DNA of 29,799 bases from Nitrospirota bacterium (GTDB lineage Bacteria > Nitrospirota > Thermodesulfovibrionia > Thermodesulfovibrionales > JdFR-86): the NCBI GenBank assembly GCA_030667205.1, contig DAOUWH010000001.1, forward strand, positions 1-29,799, in the 5' to 3' direction. The notes beneath the pieces were generated by a model. That model had not been told where the DNA came from. It did not search any database and worked only from the letters and a program-made list of their open reading frames with translations. Position numbers and translations under genes: made by a program. The first letter of the stretch is position 1; each line of letters begins with the position of its first letter. This document shows positions 8,184-16,567 of this stretch, one piece after another.

Positions 8184-9436
8184 TGGGCAACAGACACCAG
8201 ATACCGTATACCGAGGCCGTTAGCACCGGGCACTACGCGAAGAAGTCGGGGCTTTACGGCAAGTACGACAACGTCCGCCGCTTCTGGGAAGACGATACCA
8301 CGAGGCTCTTCATCCGCCCCTACCTCAAGGAGATGGTCGACAGGAAGGCGGGCAGGCTCCAGCGCCTGAGGATACTGGACCTGGGCTGCGGGGCCGGCGA
8401 CGGCTACGACCTCCTCACCGGCATTACCGTTAAGGACGTGGGCATCTACGAATACGCCGTCAACCTCATAAACCAGGAAATGCTCGGCTTCTACATGGGA
8501 GTCGACATAAGCGCCGACCTGCTGGCCCAGGCCAGGGAACAATGGGGAGGCAACGACAAGGTAGTCTTCGCAGAGAGTGATATCTCCGAAGGCCTCGATA
8601 TCGCCGAGGGACCTTTTGATGTCTACTTCTCCTCATATGGCACCTTGTCCCACTTCAGGGCGGAGCAGGCCGTAAAGCTCCTGGCCAGTATAGCGAAGCA
8701 TTCCGAAAGCAATGCATTGGTGGTGCTGGACTGGCTCGGGCGGTACTCCTATGAATGGCAGGACCTGTGGTCGGCCAATACGGACGAAGAGGAGTTCATG
8801 GACTACCGGATATCCTACATCTATCCCCCGGAGGAGAGGGACAGAGTGGACATACAGTCCTTCCCCCTGAAGCTCGTATCCAGAGACGAACTGCAGCGCA
8901 TAATAGACGAGGCGAGGAGCCTCTCGGGTATTGAGATAAAGGTAAATCAGTTCTTCGACAGGTCGATATTCGTGGGCAGGCATAGTGACACCGCCGAGTA
9001 CAACAGGCATTGCACCCCGGTGCGCGAGGCCGTAAACTCGCTGCTTGAGCCCAACACACGCACGGACCTTGCCTCCCTCATCGTGGACTATGTCCCCAAA
9101 AACGGCTTCCCGCAGCTTAATAAGTACTTCGAGGGCTTCGCGATGAGCTGGAACACCCTTGTAAAGCACACCATCGAATTCCTCTCGGAATACCAGGAGG
9201 GGGCAGGCAATGCGGGCGGAAGCGCGGAGCACTACCAGTTCTATCCCGAACCGCTCAGGATAGCCGTGGAGACGATGCAGAAGGTCGTCGACACAACCGG
9301 CGGCCTGCTGGGGGATTCGAGGGCCAACATGATAGAGCCGCAGCTTGCCTACGCGCTAAGAAGGCTGGAGATGAACCTTCAGTCAGGGCTGGGTACCGGA
9401 CACGGCCTGGCCGCGATATTAGAGATAAACAAGTAG
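8183..9436 (+). CDS. Class I SAM-dependent methyltransferase of unknown substrate (417 aa)
   Basis: Motif I RILDLGCGAGDG, acidic post-I GVDIS, FDVYFSSYG. TAATG coupling to the corrinoid gene. Long C-terminal extension. Confidence 0.8.
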   Translation: MGNRHQIPYTEAVSTGHYAKKSGLYGKYDNVRRFWEDDTTRLFIRPYLKEMVDRKAGRLQRLRILDLGCGAGDGYDLLTGITVKDVGIYEYAVNLINQEMLGFYMGVDISADLLAQAREQWGGNDKVVFAESDISEGLDIAEGPFDVYFSSYGTLSHFRAEQAVKLLASIAKHSESNALVVLDWLGRYSYEWQDLWSANTDEEEFMDYRISYIYPPEERDRVDIQSFPLKLVSRDELQRIIDEARSLSGIEIKVNQFFDRSIFVGRHSDTAEYNRHCTPVREAVNSLLEPNTRTDLASLIVDYVPKNGFPQLNKYFEGFAMSWNTLVKHTIEFLSEYQEGAGNAGGSAEHYQFYPEPLRIAVETMQKVVDTTGGLLGDSRANMIEPQLAYALRRLEMNLQSGLGTGHGLAAILEINK

Positions 9437-9486
9437 CCACCCGACATGGCATCTCAGGCAGGTCTGTGTAAAACTCCGGTTGTCCC

Positions 9487-11004
9487 CTAAAGGCTAAGCC
9501 ACTGCCCCACGGTCTCCGCCGCGAGCGGGGCGCCGAAACTCTCACTGAAGATGCGGAAATAATAAAGCTCTTCCTTGCTCCGGATTATCTGGTGCCTGGC
9601 CTGCGCCTCTTCGAACTCCGCGTCGCTTATCGTCAGTTCGAAATACTCCCGCAGGACGTCTGCCGAGCCCGAGCCCTGGGAGAACTCCTGCTTGAGCCTC
9701 CAGACGATTGACTCAGGCAGTTCGTCCTCGTAGGCCTTTCTGAAAATCCATTTCTCTATTTTCCGGTCGCCCTCGGTCCTGAGCTTCAGCTCCGGGTCTA
9801 TGGCAAGGGAGTAGTCCAGCAACTCTCCGGATATCAGCGGGGTGACCACGCGCACGGAGTTGCACATGTTCATGCGGTCGAGCCTGAGTGAGGCGTTGTT
9901 GTGCAGGAAATCGAGGCATTTTATCTGGTGGCTGAAAAGCTCTTCCCTTGGAAGGGATTTAAACTGGCTGTAGCCGCAAAATACCTCGTCGCCGCCCTCG
10001 CCGGACAGTAGCACCTGTACGCCCTCCCTGCTTGCGTACCTGGATATCAGGAAGTTCGACACAGAGCTCCTTACCAGGGACGGGTCGAAGGACTCGAGGT
10101 GATAGATTACCTCGGGCAGCACTTCAAGCATCTCCTGCAGCCCGATGATGAGCTCGTGGTGCTCGGTGCCAAGGTGTTCCGAGACTACCCGGGCGCTGTG
10201 TATGTCGGGGCTTTCGCCTACGCCGAGCGCGAAGGTTTTTAAACGCGCGCCCCCGCCGAATTTTTTCTTATAGGCCCTGCTTGCCAGAGCGGCTATCACG
10301 CTGCTGTCTATGCCCCCGCTCAGGAGGCTGGCGGTGGGCAGGCTGAAGTCCACCCTGCTGTGGAAACTGCGGGCTATGATGTCCCTTATGCTGTTTAAGA
10401 TAGTGTCCTCGTCGGTGTGCATGTCCTCGGGCGGGGATTTCGGAAGCTCCGCGTAACGTGTCAGCTTGCCGGTGCCGTCCATGTAGTGTCCGGCTGGAAA
10501 CTCGTAGACCTCGTCGGTGACCGCGGTTACGGCCTTGAGCTCTGATGAGAGAAAGACGTTTCCGTTTTTCAGGCCGTAAAACAGGGTCCTTATCCCCAGC
10601 AGGTCTCTTGCCGCGAAGAGTTCTTCGCCGTCTGAGATGACGAAGGTGAAAACCGCGTCCCCCAGATGCTGGAGCATCTCCGTGCCGAGTTCGCGATATA
10701 GCTGCAGCAGCAGCCGGTCCTCCTTGAGCGGGCCGTCCGGGACCCCGTGCCGGGCTGCCAGCACGTGCCAGTTTCCCATCTGCCCGTCATAGCATATCCT
10801 GGCATCGTCGTTTGGCCCTGATGAAAGAGGCAGGGACATCTCACTCGCTACGGGGCTTTCGGCCTTAAGGTAGTTCTGGAACATGATGACCTTACTGCCC
10901 ACATATACGCCCTCGGCGTGCGGCCCTCTATGTTTGATGGTCCCGGACATTGCCTTGACTTCGGCGAGTCCGGGCGTGCCGTATGCTACTGCAATACCTC
11001 CCAT
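9487..11004 (-). CDS. Asparagine-synthetase-B-like ATP-dependent amide ligase with degenerate glutaminase domain
   Basis: KHRGP, ARDLLGIRTLFYG, PP-loop LLSGGIDSS, LSGEGGDEVFCGY, KWIFRKA, RLKQEFSQG. N-terminus is MGGI rather than MCGI. Confidence 0.85.
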   Translation of the reverse strand: MGGIAVAYGTPGLAEVKAMSGTIKHRGPHAEGVYVGSKVIMFQNYLKAESPVASEMSLPLSSGPNDDARICYDGQMGNWHVLAARHGVPDGPLKEDRLLLQLYRELGTEMLQHLGDAVFTFVISDGEELFAARDLLGIRTLFYGLKNGNVFLSSELKAVTAVTDEVYEFPAGHYMDGTGKLTRYAELPKSPPEDMHTDEDTILNSIRDIIARSFHSRVDFSLPTASLLSGGIDSSVIAALASRAYKKKFGGGARLKTFALGVGESPDIHSARVVSEHLGTEHHELIIGLQEMLEVLPEVIYHLESFDPSLVRSSVSNFLISRYASREGVQVLLSGEGGDEVFCGYSQFKSLPREELFSHQIKCLDFLHNNASLRLDRMNMCNSVRVVTPLISGELLDYSLAIDPELKLRTEGDRKIEKWIFRKAYEDELPESIVWRLKQEFSQGSGSADVLREYFELTISDAEFEEAQARHQIIRSKEELYYFRIFSESFGAPLAAETVGQWLSL

Positions 11005-11056
11005 TGTCGAGGAATCCTTCCCTTTTGTGGGATATGAAATGGTAAAAAAGTTCGAT

Positions 11057-11086
11057 ATTATAACTATTTGGGGTTGGTTAACACAA
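11057..11086 (-). promoter_or_regulatory. Candidate sigma70 promoter of the AsnB-like gene
   Basis: Minus strand TTGTGT-N18-TATAAT, about 50 nt upstream of ATG 11004. Confidence 0.4.
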
Positions 11087-11122
11087 ATCCGGAGTTGTTT
11101 TAGCGAAGAATTCGGAAGGTCT

Positions 11123-12823
11123 TTACTGGTCTGCGGGGGCGTTGGCTTCCCGCAGGCCTTTTAAGCTCAGCTGTACGCTGCGGTTGCCGTTCCAGTCGTT
11201 TATTGTAGCGGCAAAGGCCGCATCCACCTTGCCTGCCTCATTTATGAAATCGCAGAGCCCGCCCATGCCCCAACCTATCGCGTCGTGGGCGCAGTTTTTG
11301 CCCCTGAGCTTGACCTTCAGGTGGTTGTTGCCAACCACGCGGGGGTTCATCGCCTCAAGGTCCCTTGAGCCGAGTACCGGCTCGGGGTTTCCGTAGCCAA
11401 ACGGCTCGAGCGCCTCAAACTCCCTTACGAGGCCGAAGGTGACGTCCTTTAAAACCACCTCGGCATCGATATCGAGGGTGGGCGTGAAGTCCTCCATGAG
11501 GGAGGCGGCCACCACCTCCATCTTTCTCTGGAACGCCTCAAGCTCCGTGGCCCTGAGCCTCAGCCCGGCGGCCTGCTTGTGGCCGCCGAATCCCGTCAGG
11601 TGTTCGCTTGCCGCTGTCAGGGCGGCGTGGACGTCGAAGCCGGGGATGCTCCTTGCCGAGCCCTTTGCCGTGCCGTCGTCCTTTATGGAGAGCACGAACG
11701 TCGGCCTCTGGTACGTCTCCGCGATCCTTGAGGCAACGATGCCGACCACGCCCTCGTGCCAGCCCTCGCCCGCAAGCACGATTGCGGAGCCGTAACCCTT
11801 CTTCTCGACAAGCTCAATGGCCTCCTCAAGGACGGCCCCCTCCGTTTTTTGCCTCTCGTAATTCTTACGGTTTAGCGAGGCCGCTATCTCCTCGGCCCTG
11901 CTTGCGGAGTCCGTAAGCAGAAGCTCGACGACCTCCGCGGCGTCCCCCAGGCGGCCCGCTGCGTTTATCCTGGGCACCAGGGTGAAGGCCACAAGCCTGG
12001 CCTTGAGTGCCCGGGAGCCAAGCTCCGCAACTTCCTTCAAAGCCCTCGCGCCCGGCCTCAGGGCATCGACAAGGGCCGGAAGCCCCTCCCTTACGATGGT
12101 GCGGTTCTCACCGACAAGTGGCACCGAATCCGCAATCGTACCGAGCGCGGCAAGGTCAAGAAACTCGCGGGGCTCAAAGAGCGAGGGCTCCTTCATCGAA
12201 AGCGCCTGCACGGCCTTAAACGCGATGCCGGCCCCGGAAAGCCCGGCGACCGCGGAGCCTTCCGCGGAAACTTTGGGGTTTATGACGGCAAGTGCCTCTG
12301 GTATGCCTCTGGTGTCGGGTTCATGGTGGTCGGTTATTATGAGGTCAATTCCGCTTGCTCGCGCGGCCTCGGCGGCCTCAAACGAGGTTATCCCGCAGTC
12401 GACAGTTATGATGAGGCCAGCCCCGAATGCCTTTGCCTGCTCTACGGCAGGGGGGTGGAAACCGTAGCCCTCGGCGAAGCGGTTTGGTATGTAGTACTGC
12501 ACTACGATGCCCAGTCGCCTCAGCGCCCCGGCCATTATGGCCGTTGCCGTAAGGCCGTCTGCGTCGTAGTCGCCGTGTATGAAGACCTTTAAACCCTTGT
12601 GTTTTGCCCCAAGGACGGCATCGACAAGTGTGCTCATGCCCTCGATGTCGAATGGGTCGCACATCGCATCAAGGCCCTGGGACATGAAGGAGTGGACGTC
12701 CTCCGGGGTCTTGACGCCCCGGTTTATCAGTACCTGCGCCAGTGCGGGCGATATCGATGCCGCGCGGGAGAGGTAGGAGATGTACCCGGGGTTGGTTTTT
12801 TTAAGCAGCCAGCGCCTGTGCAT
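11123..12823 (-). CDS. recJ: Single-stranded DNA-specific exonuclease RecJ
   Basis: GDYDADG, ITVDCGI, ITDHH, LGTIAD, PRINAAGRL, GSARS, FGGHKQAAG; follows secDF. Confidence 0.96.
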   Translation of the reverse strand: MHRRWLLKKTNPGYISYLSRAASISPALAQVLINRGVKTPEDVHSFMSQGLDAMCDPFDIEGMSTLVDAVLGAKHKGLKVFIHGDYDADGLTATAIMAGALRRLGIVVQYYIPNRFAEGYGFHPPAVEQAKAFGAGLIITVDCGITSFEAAEAARASGIDLIITDHHEPDTRGIPEALAVINPKVSAEGSAVAGLSGAGIAFKAVQALSMKEPSLFEPREFLDLAALGTIADSVPLVGENRTIVREGLPALVDALRPGARALKEVAELGSRALKARLVAFTLVPRINAAGRLGDAAEVVELLLTDSASRAEEIAASLNRKNYERQKTEGAVLEEAIELVEKKGYGSAIVLAGEGWHEGVVGIVASRIAETYQRPTFVLSIKDDGTAKGSARSIPGFDVHAALTAASEHLTGFGGHKQAAGLRLRATELEAFQRKMEVVAASLMEDFTPTLDIDAEVVLKDVTFGLVREFEALEPFGYGNPEPVLGSRDLEAMNPRVVGNNHLKVKLRGKNCAHDAIGWGMGGLCDFINEAGKVDAAFAATINDWNGNRSVQLSLKGLREANAPADQ

Positions 12824-12837
12824 CGTGCGCGCAGAGG

Positions 12838-13746
12838 CTACCTCCCTTTAAGTTTTTTGCCGCCCCAGAGGAGCACTACCGGGCTTGCCACAAAAATCGA
12901 AGAGTATGTGCCGATTACCACGCCGAGGATTATCGCCAGCGAGAAATCGTGCATGACCTCGCCGCCGAAGACAAAGAGCGAGCCCGCGGCAAGGAGCGTG
13001 GTCATCGAGACGATTATGGTCCTCGAGAGCACCTCGTTTATGCTGGCGTTGATGACGGAGTTTGTCTCTTTCTGCGCCCTCCGCCTGAGGTTCTCCCTTA
13101 TCCTGTCGAATACCACGACGGTGTCGGTAAGTGAGTAGCCCGCTATCATCAGGAGCGCGCTTATCAGTATGAGGTTTATCTCCTTGCCCGTAAGGTAGAA
13201 TATGCCCAGCACCCCGAGGACGTCGTGGAACGTGGCCACCGTCGCGCCCACGCCGAAGCTGAACTGGAACCTGAATGCCACATATATCAGTATGCCCGCG
13301 GTGGCCGCCAGTATCGCGATAAGGGCGTCCTTGCGGAGCTTCTTTCCGACCTTGGGGCCTATCTCGGTGGTGGAGTCCACGACCGGTTGCTGCCCGGCGA
13401 ACCTTTCGCTCAGGGTGGAGACTATCTTTTCGGAGTACCCGCCGAGGACGGCCTCTTTTTTCTTGACCCTCACCAGTATCTTGTTCTCGGTGGGCAGGTC
13501 CTGGAGGTCGAAGTCCTTAAGCCCCGAATCATCGAGCGCGCTCCTTATGTCCTGAAGAGGGGGCGCTTTGGCGAACTGTATCTGCACCGAGGTGCCGCCG
13601 GCAAAGTCGATGCCCAGGTTCGCCTTGCCGAGGGCGATCTGTAATACGGTAAACAGCCCCAGCGCGGCAATGGCTATAGAGATGGCGAAGGCGTACTTGC
13701 GCTTTGCCATGAAGTCTATGTTGGGTTTCTTGATGAGTTCTATCAT
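12838..13746 (-). CDS. secF: Protein translocase subunit SecF
   Basis: GIDFAGG, IGPKVG, FHD, GYSLTDTVVVFDRIRE, SRT, GTYSSIFVA. Confidence 0.97.
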   Translation of the reverse strand: MIELIKKPNIDFMAKRKYAFAISIAIAALGLFTVLQIALGKANLGIDFAGGTSVQIQFAKAPPLQDIRSALDDSGLKDFDLQDLPTENKILVRVKKKEAVLGGYSEKIVSTLSERFAGQQPVVDSTTEIGPKVGKKLRKDALIAILAATAGILIYVAFRFQFSFGVGATVATFHDVLGVLGIFYLTGKEINLILISALLMIAGYSLTDTVVVFDRIRENLRRRAQKETNSVINASINEVLSRTIIVSMTTLLAAGSLFVFGGEVMHDFSLAIILGVVIGTYSSIFVASPVVLLWGGKKLKGR

Positions 13747-15359
13747 ATGCTCAGGTTCTTGACCTCCCTCCTTGAGTTTACGAAGTCAAAGATGGTCTTG
13801 GTGCCGATGAGCGCGGTGAAAAGGTTTATGGAGACGCCGAAGCTCAGGGTAACGGCGAAACCTTTAATCGGCCCCGTGCCGAACTGAAACAGGACGATTG
13901 CCGTAATAAGGGTAGTCACATGGGAGTCGAAAATTGTCCAGAAGGCCTTGTCGTAGCCCGAGTCCACGGCGGCGTGCGGGGTCTTTCCGGTCCTCAGTTC
14001 TTCCCTCATGCGCTCGAACATCAGGACGTTGGAGTCCACGGCCATCCCGATGGCCAGTATTATCCCCGCGATGCCCGGAAGGGTTAAAGTGGCCTCGAGC
14101 ATCGCCATCGCCCCCATAAGAAGCAGTATGTTCAGGGCGAGTGCGAAGTCCGCTATCACCCCGGCCAGCCGATAGTAAAACACCATGAATATCACCACTA
14201 ACACCGCGCCGATGAGGCCCGCAGCCTTCCCGGCCTCTATGGAGTCCCTGCCGAGCGATGGGCCCACAGTTACGTTTTGCAGCATCTTCATCGGGGCGGG
14301 CAGCGCGCCTGCCTTCAGCACTATGGCCAGGTCCTTGCTCTCCTCCATCGAGAACGCACCTGATATCTGCGCGTTTCCTCCGGCTATCCTTTCCCTTATG
14401 ACCGGGGCGGAATAGACCGTGCCGTCAAGGATTATGGCCATCCTCTTTTCGACGTTCCTGCCCGTGACGTCTTCGAAGATCTTAGCCCCCGCAGGGTTGA
14501 AACTGATGGCGACGTAAGGCTCGTTGTACCTCTGGTCTATGGTCACGTTGGCCTCGGTGAGGAGGTCGCCGGTGATCTCGGTCTTTTTCTTCACCAGTAT
14601 GGGGGATTTCGAGACGACTTTCCTTGTTGTATCATCCACATTCCGTATAAAAAGTATCTCGTCGTCTTCGGGAATTTTTCCCCTGAACTCATCGAGGACC
14701 TTTTGTTCGTCTTCGGGCAGTATCGCCTGGGGGAGGTCGGCTGCTATTGCCGCGGCGTCGTCCACTATCTTGAACTCAAGCTGTGCGGTCTTGCCGATTA
14801 TGTCTATGGCGCGCCCGGGGTCCTTCACCCCCGGAAGCTGCACCACTATCTCGGTGGCGCCCTGGCGGTGGATGACCGGCTCGGCAACGCCGAACTGGTC
14901 AATTCTGTTTCGGATGGTCTCAAGGGCCTGCTCGGCCGAGTCGTCCTTTATGCGGTCCTGCTCCCTCGGGATAATCCTGTATTTTCCGGCCCCCGCGGAC
15001 TTAAGCACGGTGTAGTCGTCGTCGATGAGCTTTTCGGCCGCCGGTGTTAGCGGCTCGACGGAGATGATGAGGCCCTCGGCCTTTGTCTCGGCCTGTATGT
15101 CTTTTTCGTCGAAGGATTTTTTAAGCGAATCGGCAAGCCTGCTGGTGGTGATCTCCACGGCCTTCTCGGCCTCTACCTCAAAGACGAGGTGGAGGCCGCC
15201 CTGGAGGTCAAGCCCAAGGGTGATGCCCCTGTCGGGCATGCTCGTTTTCCACCAGCCGGGCATGGAATTGTAAATGTGGAGGTCCGGAAGCAGGTAGACA
15301 AGCGCAACGAGCGCAAGCGCGCCCATCAGTATGAACCGCCACATCACCTTTTTCTTCAA
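13743..15359 (-). CDS. secD: Protein translocase subunit SecD
   Basis: LGLDLQGG, RIDQFGVAEP, VQLPG, LKAGALPAP, VGPSLG, LTLPGIAG...GMAVDSNVLMFER, GTGPIKGFAVTL. TTG start with GGAGGG RBS. Confidence 0.97.
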   Translation of the reverse strand: MKKKVMWRFILMGALALVALVYLLPDLHIYNSMPGWWKTSMPDRGITLGLDLQGGLHLVFEVEAEKAVEITTSRLADSLKKSFDEKDIQAETKAEGLIISVEPLTPAAEKLIDDDYTVLKSAGAGKYRIIPREQDRIKDDSAEQALETIRNRIDQFGVAEPVIHRQGATEIVVQLPGVKDPGRAIDIIGKTAQLEFKIVDDAAAIAADLPQAILPEDEQKVLDEFRGKIPEDDEILFIRNVDDTTRKVVSKSPILVKKKTEITGDLLTEANVTIDQRYNEPYVAISFNPAGAKIFEDVTGRNVEKRMAIILDGTVYSAPVIRERIAGGNAQISGAFSMEESKDLAIVLKAGALPAPMKMLQNVTVGPSLGRDSIEAGKAAGLIGAVLVVIFMVFYYRLAGVIADFALALNILLLMGAMAMLEATLTLPGIAGIILAIGMAVDSNVLMFERMREELRTGKTPHAAVDSGYDKAFWTIFDSHVTTLITAIVLFQFGTGPIKGFAVTLSFGVSINLFTALIGTKTIFDFVNSRREVKNLSI

Positions 15360-15398
15360 TCAACCCTCCAGAATCCAATAAATATTATATTTCAGGAG

Positions 15399-15418
15399 AT
15401 TCCGGCACAGGCCGGAAT
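15399..15418. repeat. Short palindrome (REP-like or operator); related copy at 2581-2600
   Basis: ATTCCGGC-ACAG-GCCGGAAT, 8-bp stem. Its reverse complement matches 2581-2600 at 17 of 20 positions. Confidence 0.45.
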
Positions 15419-15477
15419 AATTAAACGCTATATTTTGCCTTAAAGGGGACTGTTTACTCAAGTGGCACCATTGGTGC

Positions 15478-16179
15478 TTATGCCATGCGGTTTTCGTTTA
15501 TGAAGAGCTGAAACTCGCAGCCCAGGGCGCGGGCGGCCTTGCGGCAGTCGGACATCCTGGAGAGGAATATCTGGAAGTACTCGATGACCTGCGAGATGCG
15601 GGTGTCGATGACCAGGGTGAGGGTTATGGTCCTGTGCTCGGCGTCCACGGTGAGTTCGCTCTCGGTGGCGGCGAAGTTCACCCTGTCGTGGATGTCCTCG
15701 CGGATGCTGCCTGAGGTGCGCACGCGGGAACGGTGCACGTCGGACTTGTCCGCAATGAGCATGGCCGCCGAGACCGGGTCGAACGTTACCACGCCCTCGT
15801 CCTCTTCGTGGGTGACGATGGCGGCCATCACGCGGCCTATGTCGCGGAAGTCGAAACCGAGTTCCTCAAGCAGGTCTTTCGCGATGACGGCGCCGATGCG
15901 GTGGTGCTGTTCGCGGCCGGCCATGTTGCCGATGTCGTGCAGGAAGCCGGCCACCGCGGCAAGTTCGGCGTCGTGCCTGTCGTATGAGAGGGCATCCAGT
16001 ATCTTAAAGGCCGTGGTTGAGGCGATGTCGACTTGGCGGAAGCCGTGCTCGGTGTAGCCGATGCTCTCAAGGTAGCGGTCGGCCATCTCGATGTAGAGGC
16101 GGGCCTTCTCGGAGCTGCGGACCGCCTCGATGCCGGGGGACTTATCAGCTTTCGTCCGAGGGGGTTCTGACGGCTGCAA
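15478..16179 (-). CDS. HD-domain metal-dependent phosphohydrolase
   Basis: GYTEHG, FLHDIGN, H, THEE, LIADKSDVHRSRVR, DIHDRVNFA. TTG start with GGGAAGG 6 nt upstream, inside yajC. Confidence 0.88.
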   Translation of the reverse strand: MQPSEPPRTKADKSPGIEAVRSSEKARLYIEMADRYLESIGYTEHGFRQVDIASTTAFKILDALSYDRHDAELAAVAGFLHDIGNMAGREQHHRIGAVIAKDLLEELGFDFRDIGRVMAAIVTHEEDEGVVTFDPVSAAMLIADKSDVHRSRVRTSGSIREDIHDRVNFAATESELTVDAEHRTITLTLVIDTRISQVIEYFQIFLSRMSDCRKAARALGCEFQLFINENRMA

Positions 16180-16495
16180 TATATGCCTTCCCGAATTTGA
16201 CCTTTGTGTTGTCCGCGATCTTCAGCATGACGGTCTTCTCGCTCACGTCCTCCACCAGGCCGTATATGCCGCCGGAGGTTACGACCTTGTCGCCCTTCTT
16301 TACGCCGGCGAGCATGTCCCTGTGCTCCTTGCTCTTCTTCTGCTGCGGCCTGATGAGGAGGAAGTAGAAGATTACGAATATTATTATAAGCGGCATGAAG
16401 CCCGTAAGCACCGAGCCGCCGCCCCCGCCGCCCTCGGGCGATGCGCCCATGGCCCACGCCTCGGATACTAATAAGGACGAAATGAAGTCAAACAT
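16145..16495 (-). CDS. yajC: Preprotein translocase subunit YajC
   Basis: FYFLLIRPQQKK, KKGDKVVTSGGIYG; RBS GGAGG; upstream of secDF. Confidence 0.96.
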   Translation of the reverse strand: MFDFISSLLVSEAWAMGASPEGGGGGGSVLTGFMPLIIIFVIFYFLLIRPQQKKSKEHRDMLAGVKKGDKVVTSGGIYGLVEDVSEKTVMLKIADNTKVKFGKAYIAAVRTPSDES

Positions 16496-16523
16496 TGAAT
16501 ACCTCCGGATAATTGGTTTTAAT

Positions 16524-16553
16524 ATATTAAACCGTACGCTGGCCTATAATCAA
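16524..16553 (-). promoter_or_regulatory. Candidate sigma70 promoter of yajC-HD-secDF-recJ
   Basis: Minus strand TTGATT-N18-TAATAT; the -10 lies within the palindrome TTAATATATTAA (16519-16530). Confidence 0.45.
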
Positions 16554-16567
16554 GGCGAAGCAGGGTT

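Noticed and set aside
15465-15477. GCACCATTGGTGC hairpin after the HD gene
   Set aside because: Only a 5-6 bp stem with no U-tract; too weak to call.
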